This document shows, piece by piece, positions 12,400 through 24,192 of a stretch of 64,000 bases of DNA. The translations under genes and the position numbers were made by a program. The DNA comes from Geosiphon pyriformis uo1 (taxonomy: Eukaryota > Fungi > Glomeromycota): contig JAAOMT010000572.1 of assembly GCA_016748015.1 (NCBI GenBank), positions 186,001-250,000 on the forward strand, read 5' to 3'. The notes below the pieces were generated by a model, which saw only the letters and a program-made list of their open reading frames with translations, did not search any database and was not told the DNA's origin. Each line of letters starts with the position of its first letter. Positions within the stretch are counted from its first letter, which is position 1.

Positions 12400-13660
12400 T
12401 TTCCATTGTTTTTTCCCTTTTTATAATGTACTGTATAATTAAATGATGAAAGTTCTATTTTCTATCTGGCATGGTGATTATCTGCAAATTCTTGTTTTTG
12501 AATTGAAGTCAATTTTTTGTGATCAGTGTATACTTTAAACTTTTGGCTTAAGTATTCTTTCTATTTAATGACAGTCTAATAGATAGCTAAGTGTTCTAAT
12601 GCTGGAGTTCCATAGTTCTTTTCAGCTGGACTTAAGCTTCTACTGGCGTAAGCTACTGGATGTTCTCTTCTATCTAGTTCTTTCTGTGATAGTACTGCTC
12701 CCAATGCTTGGCCAGATGCATTGATAGTGATGATGAATGGTTTGTTGTAATCTGGATACATCAATACTAGAGCTTGAATAAGCTTTTTTCTTAAGATATT
12801 AAAAGCTTCTTGTTGAGTTTCTGTCTATTTGTATTTTACATTCTTTGTTTGAAGTTGGTGTAGTGGTTGGGCTATTTTGGAAAAATTCTTGATAAAGCAG
12901 CAATAGTATCCAGCAAATCCCAAAAATGCTCTCAATTTTGTGAAATTATTTGGTACTGGAAAGTTCTTGACAGTCTCAATCTTATCTGAATCTGTTTTTA
13001 TTCCATTTTTGCTCACCACATGTCCCAAAAACTTGAGTTCAGTTTTCCCAAAGAAACATTTGGTTGCATTTAATTTCAGTCTGGCTCTTCTTAACCTTTC
13101 AAACACTTGTTGAAGATGATGCAAATAATCATCGAATGTTTTTGAGAACACATTGGTATCATCCAAGTATATGACTACTGACTTCCATAGTAGTCCAGTG
13201 TATACAATTTCTATTAGCCATTAGAATGTGGCCAGTGCATTCATCAATTCAAATGGCATAACTTCAAATTCAAAATTTCTTTCTTTTATGGTAAATGCTG
13301 TTTTCTCTTTGTCAGCTAGATTCATGGCTACTTGCCAATAATCACTATTCAAATCCAGTGTTAAGAACCATTTATTTCCTCCAAAAGCATTAAACAGCTC
13401 TTGGATTTTGGGCGTTAGATAGTTATCTTCTTTGGTTACTTATCTCCTTTGGTTACTCCATTCAATTTTCAGTAATCCACACAAAAGTGGATTTTCCCAT
13501 TTTTCTTCCAGACTAGTACCACTGGTGATGACCATGAGCTCATTGATAGCTGAATTAGCCCATTGTCAAGCATTTGGTTAATTTCTTAACAAATGATCTC
13601 ATGGCTAGCTGGTGGTATTCTGTATGCTCTTTGTTTAATTGGCATTGCATCTCCAGTTTT
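12400..13660 (-). pseudogene. Gypsy reverse transcriptase and RNase H
   Basis: YLDDTNVFS, KCFFGKTELKFLGHVV, NASGQALGAVLSQ, PVAYASRSLSPAEKNY. A 17-bp tandem duplication at 13423-13456 shifts the frame. Confidence 0.95.
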
Positions 13661-14212
13661 GATTTGATGCTGGATGATATTGGTTCTGTCAAATTCATTT
13701 TTGCTGGCAAAAATGTCATTGAAGTTGCTGAGTAATGTTTTTAATTGTATTTGTTAAAGTGGGTTTAGATTTTTCATGTTTATCTGTTTTAATTGTTCTG
13801 GTTGAAGCAGGTAACATTCACTTTGTCCATAAATAGTTTGTGATGTGATATTTACATATCCACAAAGCTATGGAAAATCTGGAATATGGTTTGGTGATTG
13901 GTTCTCAACTTCGGTGGTTAAATATCTAATAATAGTTCCTTTTGGTATTTCAATAACACGTCTTATTGTGTTGTAGATAGGAATTTTGATATTCTTGGAG
14001 CTGTTGGCTAATATGTAGAGATTGGTGAGCCCAATTTCTTCTGATTCGCAAATGGTAGCTTCTGCTTCAAACAACTGAGCTTGATTCTTTACTTTTCTTT
14101 TTATAGCTAACATATACTGGTCATATGGTAGAATGAAAATTGTGTGACAGGTTGAGATAATTTTTTCTTTGTTAACAATTTCTTTTTCTGCCATATTAAC
14201 TGGTATATCTAT

Positions 14213-14644
14213 TCTACTCATTGATCTGAATTTTTGTATCTCTTTAGCAGTAATCCCCAATTCTTCTCTGTTTTCCACTAACACTAGCTGAGCTACTTTC
14301 ACCAGAGGTAAGAATATTGCCTGTGCTATCTTTTTATTTAGATCTATGGTATATGTTTTTTTTGAGTCATTTTGTAGCATAGCAATAATATTTTCTACAT
14401 ATCCTGTGTTAATTATTCCTTCTCTGATGTTGATTCTCTTTTTTGCTAAGCTACTTCTGGATGCTAATTGAACTATTGTTGTTGTTGAAATTTCCAGTGC
14501 TATTTTCAGATTGATGCAAGTGTGTGAGTAAGGTTCCAATTTAATGAGATTTTTTCTTGGATATCTCAGATCAAATCCTATATCAGTATTATGCACACAT
14601 TCAGGCATAATACCTTTATTATTATTGCTGAACCATTTCAGTTT
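14213..14644 (-). pseudogene. Trimeric-type dUTPase domain within pol of element C
   Basis: All five motifs appear in order: DIGFDL, ASRSSLA, GIINTGYVENI, KIAQAIF, KEIQKFRSM (a G>A-eroded RG..GFGS). Confidence 0.9.
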
Positions 14645-14879
14645 TTGCTTCTTGGTAAGATCAAGAAGGGCGATATATGTTTCAGAGTTTGAATTGGAAT
14701 CCAAATTGTTGTTATTTTTGTTGTTGTTTTGAGCAGAGCTAGAACTAGTGTTTTTATTGTCATCATTGTCGGAGTTTGAATCAGGATTGAAAATTGATTT
14801 CAATTCTGATGCACAGTTGCTCATTGGTTCGTTTTCTTCTGAAATTGTGTAGATCATGTGTGGTGGTAGATTGTAAATG

Positions 14880-15500
14880 AGGTCACACTCATTACAATAC
14901 TTGAAGTCACATGGAATCAAACAGTGGTCACATAATCAGGTGTTTATTTCTTCCAAGTGTTGTTCTTGTTCCTTTCTGGTAGGTGTTAATCATTGGTAAT
15001 GTTTATGGAATTCCTCTGGATCATTTTTGATGTTACCAAAGACATCAAAAGTTTGGACATATTCAGGTTCAGGAAGTGATAAAGAGTTGTTTTTGATTTC
15101 CAGTAGTTCACTGGTTGTCACATCTTCTGCTTTTGCATACACCATTCTCTAGAGTTTGTGTTCGTTATAAGGATATCCTTCTAATCATCACAATGCTTTT
15201 TTCCAGGTGTTGTTGATTGGTGTGCCTTTGCATATCCAGTCATTGATTAGGATTTTATATTGGCACATTTCATCACATGTTTTTTTTCATCCAGGAATGT
15301 CGTTCCACATTCTTTTGTCTGAAAGAGTTTTTCCACAAGCTAAACATAGTGTATTATTCCATTTTTCCACTCATTTTGGCCTTCCAAAACGTTCAACAAG
15401 ACATGTGCGGCAATAAAACTTAGTTGCCATCTGGTATTTTTTGTTATCACTACAATATGCACCCATTGAAGACAATTTCTTGCCACAATTGGTGCATATA
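14880..15500 (-). pseudogene. Cys-rich (putative triple Zn-finger) module between protease and dUTPase
   Basis: Reading through TGA stops gives CTNC-x24-CRTC, CLAC-x19-CDEMC and CDHC-x3-C-x4-CNEC, in the same frame as the dUTPase. Confidence 0.7.
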
Positions 15501-15839
15501 AGCTTTGGTCGACAATAATTCGGTTGTGGTAGTGCATAAGTATATGTATAGTAAATGGCGATTGGTGTTGGAATTTTTTTGTTCTTTTTCCCTTTTTCTT
15601 TGTGGTTATTTTTTTCCTACTCCCAGGTTGTTGGTAGTTTGTTTTGATTGTTGTTGATTCCCCAGGCTTGATCTGAATTCCAGGTACGTTCTTCTGTTTG
15701 TTTGTTTTTCCCCTTATCATTCCAGGATAGTATTGGTGGTCATTTTTATCGGCCCAGGAAACTTGATAAGCTTCCTAGGTAGGTTTCTTCTTTTCTTTTT
15801 TCAATTCAATAAGTGGAGCTAATGGTGTGATGATGAGTT

Positions 15840-16230
15840 TGAAATGGCCACACGTGGTTAGTATGCATGTGTGTCATCCATTCTGGCTAAGCTGGAGCTC
15901 TTGGGTGTTCCAGTCAAGTGTCGCATTGATTTTGGACAGCCAGTCATTACCCACTAGTGCTTAGTATTGAATGGCTTTCATGACTAATACTTTGATTAGT
16001 ATAGTGATACCATTGATTTCTATGGACAAGTTATCTATTTCATCAATTGGAGTCTTAGTGGCTCCATCAGCTGTAATTATCCTTGCACTGGCAGCTTAAT
16101 TAACTTGGCAATCTAATTGGTCCATGAGCTGTCTTGTGATGATACTGCCAGCTGATTCACTATTTAGAATTAGTTTGATGAACTGACCATCAATTTTGGC
16201 ATCTGTGTACATTGCCATGATAGGTTTTTT
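15840..16230 (-). pseudogene. Retropepsin aspartic protease of element C
   Basis: MYTDAKIDGQFIKLILNSESAGSIIT (eroded DSGS) and ALVGNDWL. Confidence 0.85.
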
Positions 16231-16799
16231 TTCAAGTACAGCTCCACTGAACAAAGAGGTTTCTATTGGTTCTTTGATTTCGAAGGGAAATATTGCTGCT
16301 AGAAACTCATCTTCTATAACAGTGGCTGGCGGAATATTGGTAAGTGGTTGCTTCTGGTTGGGTTCCTGGGTATTGGGTGAGGTGTTTTTTGGGGTAACCA
16401 GAAGGCTTAAATAGTTCTGGAAACTCGGGTTTTGAGTATACCCAGTTCCTGAACTCTGCTGTCATAATTCTGATGGCTGGTTGGATGAACTAGAAATCAG
16501 TTGGTGAACAACCATCGCCAATCTCCAGTTTTGGATGACTCTTGATCTAGGGTTTCTTAATGTCATTTGAGTGGGGTTGGGTGATAGTGTTTGAACTACA
16601 GGTGTCTGATAGATTATTTGTGACTGTGGCTAATATATAGACTGGGACTGTGGTTGATAAACAATGGGTGCTGTTGGCTGATAAATTGGCAGTTGATAAA
16701 TTTGTGGCTGCATCATAGGTATGTAATTTGGTTAATATATTGCTGAGGTTGATTGATAACTCAGAGCTGAAAACCTGTGATTGGGGTTTCAATATTGAT

Positions 16800-18606
16800 T
16801 TTCTGATCATTTGTTTTCTATTCTTAACTGACAATTGATTCTTAAATGTCCTTGTTTACCACAGTAGTGGCAGATATGCATCTCTTGCTGTTATGGCTGA
16901 TTGGATAATGATGAGGAATGTGACTGATTTTGTGGGCAATTTGTGATTCCTAAATTATTGTGTCATTGGGGTGGCTGATAAATTGTGCAATTGTCAACTA
17001 AGTACCTTTCCAGCTTCTAGTTAATGGAATTACTGAATTGTTTCAATTTGGAATCCAATTCAGATGATCCATTCATCACTAGATTTACAGTTTGGACATG
17101 GTTGGCTTCGAGTTCAGCTACTTCAAAATTTCTGGCATTGTTAATTGCAGCTTGAAGATCTACTGGATGCATTGGGCATACACATTGGAGGGTGCTACTG
17201 TACAGGCCTCTAATAAATTGGTTTAAGATTTGTGGCACTATAAAGTAATCAGCCTGAATTGCTTGAATCTGATGTAGATTCCTATGGAAGCATCTTAGGT
17301 AAGTAGTGACTGCTTCATTTTCCCCTTGTTTGATAGTAGTGAAAGTGTTTGCTAGCCGATTAATACTATTGTTGTTGCTGAAGTATTGTAGGAATGCAAG
17401 CTTGAATGCAATAAAATCTTGGGGTTTGTTAGCCAAGCTTTGATACTATGAATTGGCAATATCTTGAAGAAAGTAAAGAATGGCCTGCATGGCTCTGACA
17501 TCATTCCAGCCATTGGCTGTGATGGCTTTCTCCACATCATTTAGCCACACTTGGGCATCGTCTTCTTTGCCAGTGAATTTCTCAAGTTTTGCTATTGAAG
17601 CATAGGCCATTGGATCAACATTTGGTTGTTACAGTTGTTGTTGCAGTTGTTGAAGTGGCTACTGTGATTGTTGAGGTGGTTGGAGTAGCTGCTGTTGCTA
17701 TTTGTTGATTGGTGGAGCTGGATTAATTCTGATTACTGGAGATAAGTGTTGTTGATTATTAATGTCAGGATTTCAATCATTCTAATTGTGCTGCATTTGG
17801 AAATTCAGAGTTCCGATTTCTGGATTTTCCAAATTTAGATTTTGCTGAGTTTGAAAATTCAGGATTTCAATGTTCGGGTTTTCTGAGATCAGATTCTGGT
17901 AAGTAAATTTTTGATCTTCAGATTTTTTTTTCTCTTCTTCTTGTTTTTCTTTCGATTCTATTACTTCCCAGGGACTTGCAGTTCTGAAATCTGGTTGGGG
18001 TGGTGAAGATTAAAGTCCTGATGGCATTGATGATTAGGACTTAAATCCTTCAAAATATGTGCTGTATGGTCCTAGAAGATCTTCTTTTCTTTGTTTATTC
18101 TGAAATGGGAATTGTCCAAAAGTTGATGTCACATGTGATGTGGACATGTCTGTTGATGTAATGTTGATGGCACTTCCAGGTGTATAGTGGTATGATAGGT
18201 TTGTTGGTGATTCAACTCTGGTTTTCTTCCAAGTAGGTGGTTGTATTTGTTTTGGTATTACTGCTGATGTTTGCAATTTTCCTTTGTCTTTATTGGCATA
18301 AGTGATTGAATATCTTTGTTGTGTGTGATGTTTAATTTCTTTATTAATCTCAGTAATGATGGATGCAAAATTATAATTTGTTGGTAAGCTGGTGTTTTGG
18401 ATTAATTTGTGGTAAAAAGTTTCTCTCACTGATTCAGTGTTTACTGATGTTCCTAACAAATAGGCAATTTTTTCGTTGACATAGAAATTGAAGGCTAATT
18501 CTGCTAATATCTGATTGTGGTTCAATTCCAAGTATTGACAGTAGTATTGAAATAAGAATTTCACAAATCCTAAATGGTTTGCTCCTATACTTTCTGATTC
18601 TGCCAC
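16800..18606 (-). pseudogene. gag of element C (N-terminal extension, Q-rich linker, capsid, CCHC knuckle)
   Basis: MAYASIAKLEKFTGKEDDAQVWLNDVEK, IKQGENEAVTTY, QILNQFIRGL, CHYCGKQGHLRINC. Confidence 0.9.
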
Positions 18607-18647
18607 TGTTGATTTATTTGTTGATGCTGGTTCTCTGTAGGATTATA

Positions 18648-18664
18648 CCTTACAGGAAGCACTA
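18648..18664 (-). promoter_or_regulatory. Primer-binding site of element C
   Basis: T(A)GTGCTTCCTGTAAGG lies 2 nt after the LTR end. Element B has TGGTGCTTTTTGTGAGG. Confidence 0.8.
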
Positions 18665-18666
18665 AA

Positions 18667-19531
18667 TGTTACAGATGATTATTTGGAATCTCAAGTCAAA
18701 TAACAAATCCATAACTTAGTGCTTAGTTGGTACTCGGGTGTTAATATCTGAAGGTTTTTGTTGTGGAGTCTTTTATATAATAAACAGAGATTTAATAATT
18801 GTTTCAGTAGTCTCCCGGAATTGCAATTCCATCAAATTTTTTTTTTAGCATGATGACCGGTAATCCTCCTGATAAGCTATCCTCAAATCTATGAGTGTTC
18901 TACTCTTGTTTCATGGGTCTTTTACCAGTCTCTATGATGTCTGTATCTCAATGCTTAATTTTTAATCAATTTAGTAAAACCAAAAAAATAACAAAAAGAA
19001 ATAAAAGAAAATAAAAGAAAATAAAAAAATAAACAAAAGCAATTACAAGTTAGTATCCTGTCAATAGCCATGATTAAAAGCTATTGTTCCAGTGTGATTA
19101 AGTATTAATTACTATCAACATGAAGTGTTGATAGTGGAGAGTGGATTTGGATGGTAAATAGTTATTTATTTGATATTTTTAAATGGAAGATTGCTTAGAT
19201 CAAATCTAAACTGAGAGGTCTGTCTTTTCTACTTCTAATGCTATCACTATATATACATAATTAATGTTTTGCAAGATCACTCACATTTCTGAGCAATGTG
19301 CTATGATTTCTTGAGCAATGTTCATATTGTTGAGTGATGTGCTCTAATTTCTAATATTGTTCTATATTGTTGAGCAATATGCCGTGTTTTCTGATATTGC
19401 TCCACATTGCTGAGCAATATGCTATGATTTCTGACATTGCTCTATATTGCTGAGCAATGTGCTCATGTGCTAAATACTATTCTCTTATTGGTCTGCTATT
19501 TTCTATATCTGTTTTCTTTTTATAAGTAACA
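18667..19531 (-). repeat. 5' LTR of element C (865 bp) with a 40-bp tandem array at 19331-19464
   Basis: Direct repeat of 9496-10250, with three 40-bp units tgagcaatgtgctatgatttctgacattgctccacattgc. Confidence 0.95.
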
Positions 19532-22488
19532 TCATCAAATTATCAATAAAAATACTTATCTAAAATTTAATTCATGTTATTACCATTTAATTGAAAAATA
19601 TTTATCAACTCTAACTATCAACATTTCATGTTAATAGCTGCTGATACTTAACCACATTGGAACAATAGCTCTTGATCATGGCTATTGATAGAATACTAAC
19701 TTTTTATTGTCTTGGTTTATTTCTTTATTTTCTTTATTTTTTTATTTTTTATTTTATTGTTATATACTAATTGATTAAGAATTAATCACTGAATTATTAA
19801 CATCAAAAAAGACTAGTAAAAAACCCAAGAATAAGAGTAGAAACTCATCAAATTGAGAATAGCTTACCAGGGAAATACCAGCCACCACACTAAAAAAAAA
19901 ATTTGATGGAATTACAATTCTGGGAGGTTATAGAAAAAACAACACTTGAATCTCTGTTCATTATACAAAAGACTCAACCAAAACCTTTAGATGACCAAAA
20001 CCTTCAGATATTACCAACCAAATCATCAATTGAGCATCAAGTTATGGATTTGTTATTTGTTTTCAAACCCCCAAATAATCATTTGTAACATTTGGTGCTT
20101 TTTGTGAGGTATAATCTAACAGAAAACCAGCATCAACAGCAATTATCTGAAACAGTAGCAGAATCTGAAGAAATAGGGACAAACCACTTGGAATTTGCAA
20201 AATCTTTATTTCAACATTATCACATTCATCTCAGATTAACAAATATTTTTGGCCAACAGAATTAGTTTTCAATTATTATGTCAACAAAAGAATTGCATAC
20301 TACTTGGAAGGTTAAGGAGATTCAGAATTCACTTTCAACAATTTCTTCAATGAACTACTCCAAAGCACTACTCTTTCACAAAACTATTTATTTGCACTTC
20401 TAATCACAGAAATAAACAAAGAAATTGAAAAATACACCAAGCAAAGATTTCTTATCACTTTTGTTGGCAAAGGAAAAAGAAGATTACAAACATCAACAGG
20501 AATTCCAAAGTAAATTCAACTATCTACTTAGAAAAAACAAAGATTTGATTCACTTGCTAATCCATCATATTATCATACATCTGAAAGTACTATTAATATA
20601 ATAGGCATAGCTACAGCAAGTGTGACAACACCACTAAACAGAATTTCATTCTAAAGTAAACAGAAGAAAGCAAAATTATTAAGAACATATGGCAATTATT
20701 TTAAAAAATTTAAATTGTAATCTCCAATGCCATCAGGAGTTTGATTACTGCCACTACCACCAGATTTTGAAGCCATCAGTCCTTGGGAATTAACCAACTT
20801 TGAGAAAAAAAATAGCAATCAAGAAATTAATACTAAAAACTCGATCTTAGAAAACCCAGAAATCCAAACTCCAAGTGTTTTAACTCCAAAAAATCAGAAC
20901 AAGCCCAACTTCAACATTATTAATTAGCAAAATCTACCTCCAGTAATTGTGATTGATTAACTACCAATTAAACTAATTGTTAAACCACTACAACAGCCAT
21001 AATCACAATCACAACAATAACTTCAACAGTCCTAACAACTGATTGCACCTATGGTATATGCCCCAATTACCAAAATCAAAAAATTTACTGGTGAAAAAGA
21101 TGATACACAAGTGTTGCTAAATAATCTAGAAAAAGTCATTGTAGCTAATGAATAGAATAATGCTAGAACAATATAAGCTATTCCTTATTTTCTTTAGAAT
21201 ATTACTGATTTGTGATATCAAAGCTTGGCAAACAAACTCCAAGATTTCAATGTGTTCAAAATTGAGTTTCTCAAATATTTCAGTAACAACAATAGTATCA
21301 ACTACCTAGCAAATACTTTTACTATAATCAAACAAGAAAATACCAAAGTAATTACTACTTACTTGGGATGCTTCTATCAAAATTTATACCAGATCCAAGC
21401 AATTGATGCCAACTATTTTACAGTGCCAAAAATCTTAAACCAGTTTATTTATGGCCTACACTATAGTATTTTTTAATGCATACACCTATTACATTCAGTC
21501 AACTTTCAAGCAGCAATCACTTATGCCAGAGATTTCAAATCAGCTGAACTTGAAGCAAACTATGTCCAAGCCATTAATCTAGTAATGAATAGATCATCTG
21601 AATTAGATTCCAAATTAAAACAATTTAATAATTCAATTAATCAGAAAATCAAGAGATATTTAGCTAATAATCAAGCCATTTATCAGTCTTTACAATAACA
21701 TAATAATTAAGAAAACTTAAATTGTTTCCAAAATCAGTCATGTTTATTATCATCTACAGATCAATCATGATAGCAAATACATATCTGTTACTACTATGAT
21801 AAATAAGGACATCTAAAAATAAATTGCCAGTTGAGGTTAAATAATCAATGATTGGAAACTCAATATCAAAACTCTGATTGCAGATTTCAAACCCTGAACT
21901 ACACCAATAATTTATCAAATAAACAATATCAATATCAGTCTTTATATTCTCAAATGATGCAGCCAATTTATCAAACACCAATCTATTAATCTACAACTCC
22001 AGTAATTTATTACCCACTCCAAACTCAGTTAATTTATCAACTCCAATCAACTCAAACATCATCATTAAACTTACCTCAAAACAAAAACCAGAGACTGAAA
22101 ACTACTTAGATCTGTCAAAATTGGCAATTGGTAATAATAATGCACTAATTGATCTCCAGTTTAGCAGTTTAATAATCTGGATTATGACAGCAAAATTCAG
22201 GAACTAGCTATACCCAAAACCCAAACACCCAATATTATTTAAGTCTTCTAATGACTCCAGAAAATGCCTTATGCAATAATCTGAAATCCAACTAAAAACA
22301 GTTACTTACCAGCAATATTTTATTAGCAGCCATTACTGAGAATGAATTTATAGCAGCCATATTCTTTTTTGAACTAGAAGACCTAATTTTAACTCTTTTG
22401 TTCAGTGGAGCCACTTTCAATACCAAATTTTTTACAACAATATACACTGATGTTAAAGTTAATGGCCACCCTATTAAATTAATATTAG

Positions 22489-23320
22489 ATAGTCAAGTTT
22501 GTATACCAAGATTTAATTTGCCATTATGAATGCCCAAAAAAATTGTTATTCGACCAAAAAACATATTTTATCAATAATACATTAACTAAACTAAGCCAAC
22601 AGTTTGAAATAAAATAACTCTTATTATTATCATATTACTCACAAACAAATGAACTGGTAAAACAATTTAACTGAATATTATGTAAAGTATTAGCAAAAAT
22701 AAGTTACAAAAATACACAAAAATAGGACTTATTTATACTTTTTGTATTATTTGCATACCAAACATTAAAGCAAAATACTATTCAGTTTACACCATTCAAA
22801 CTAGTTTATAAAAAAAAAGCTACCTTATCTATTAAATGAGAAATACTTTCTTTTTTAACAAAAACTATTACCAAAAAAAATTTTAAAACTACTTTACACC
22901 AAAAAACATATTAGCTTATGGAAACATTAGAAAACAATCATAAAACAGCAGCTGATAATATTGGTAATATTCAAAAACAATAGAAAGAAAGACATAATAA
23001 TCACTTATCCAAATAATCAATCAAATTCAAAATTGGGGACCAAGTACTATTATATCATATAAAAGCTAAAAAACAGTGAAATAGAAAGTTTGACCTAAAG
23101 TAGGACAGTCTATTTTACATATATAAAGTTTTAGGCAATAGAGCTTATAAATTATGATTAGAAGACAAAATTTTAAAGAAAGTAGTACATAAAAATCAAT
23201 TAAAAATTTATCACACAAAACAAAAATTATTATCATCTATATCTTAACTAAAAATACAAATTTTATTAATCAGACCTAAAAATATATCATAAAATCTAGA
23301 ACCAATCATTATTATCAAAA
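22489..23320 (+). pseudogene. Integrase C-terminal half of element A
   Basis: VKFVYQDLICHYECPKK..., FTPFKLVY, KFDLK*DSLFYI, LEPIIII; homologous to the element C integrase. Confidence 0.85.
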
Positions 23321-23406
23321 CATAATCAATACACAACTATTTAATTGAAAAATTTAAGTATATATAATTATTAAAACAACAAAAATAAATTAATAAAACT
23401 TACAAC

Positions 23407-24179
23407 ATAGACTTTTCAAATCAAATTTTACAACTCTTGAAACAACTATTTAATGCAATTCAATACTTTACAGCTTAAATAAAAATCACAATTGATAAAA
23501 AAAAGATATGATACAAAGACAGAAGCAAAAAAAAAGTAGGCAAAAATTCAACTAGAACTAAATAATTTCATTTCTACAAACAATCCTCTATTCCAGTAGT
23601 TAGTGTTCTGCACAACAATTAAAGAAAGGAGAAGGACAAAAAAAAAGAAAAAAATATGTTTTAGACAAAGCTTAACATAATTAAAGAGAAAAAAAAAGTA
23701 ACAGAAATAGATATGTGTTAAACAAAGCTTAAAAAAATTAAACAAGCTTTAAGCAGAATAACCAAAGAACCAGTAACAGAAAAATAGACACCAGAAAATG
23801 CCAGAGTATGAAAAAAAAACTGCCACTAGTCTATTGGTTCTATAAAATTGGTGAACAACTAAGATTGAATATACTATATAAAAACTTTAACTGTCAGATA
23901 TTCAACAAAGTGGTTTTTAAACAAGTAGAAGAATTCATAGAAAGAAGCAACCTAATATTAAATTACAAAGCAGTATACTACTTATATTCAGCATTTAAAT
24001 ACTGTCTAGCTGTACTACTAAATAGTTTATTAACAACTATTATAGTTAACAACATAGAACAAATAATGAATAGACAATTTGGAGACCTACAAAAAGCAAT
24101 ACTTAATGCTACAATTGAATATTATACAGAAAACACAGATTTGATAAATACATACAATTTTGCAGAAGCTCAATTCTAA
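23407..24179 (+). pseudogene. Extra ORF3 of element A
   Basis: (M)DFSNQILQLLKQLFNAI...KKLPLVYWFYKIGEQLRLNILY...FKQVEEFIER...FAEAQF* ends at the PPT aaaaagaggaataa. Confidence 0.7.
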
Positions 24180-24192
24180 AAAAGAGGAATAA

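Larger units (their letters stand above)
9496..19531 (-). mobile_element. Full-length Ty3/Gypsy element C (youngest and best preserved); TSD TCAT
   Basis: LTRs 9496-10250 and 18667-19531 have TGTTAC..GTAACA termini. TCAT lies at 9492-9495 and 19532-19535. PBS, PPT and gag-PR-RT-RH-IN order are present. Confidence 0.95.
9112..22493 (+). mobile_element. Gypsy element B (5' LTR 9112-9495 + 19536-20090, PBS, gag, start of protease), inserted in A's 5' LTR and truncated
   Basis: A new TGTTA start follows CCAT where the A-LTR alignment breaks. The LTR ends TGTAACA at 20090 and is followed by PBS tttggtgct. The gag fragment 21225-21476 is homologous to 17017-17436, and protease IKLILDS lies at about 22473-22493. 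Confidence 0.8.

Noticed and set aside
19331-19464. CRISPR-like palindromic repeat array
   Set aside because: The units are head-to-tail with no unique spacers, sit inside an LTR, and have no cas genes in this eukaryotic context.
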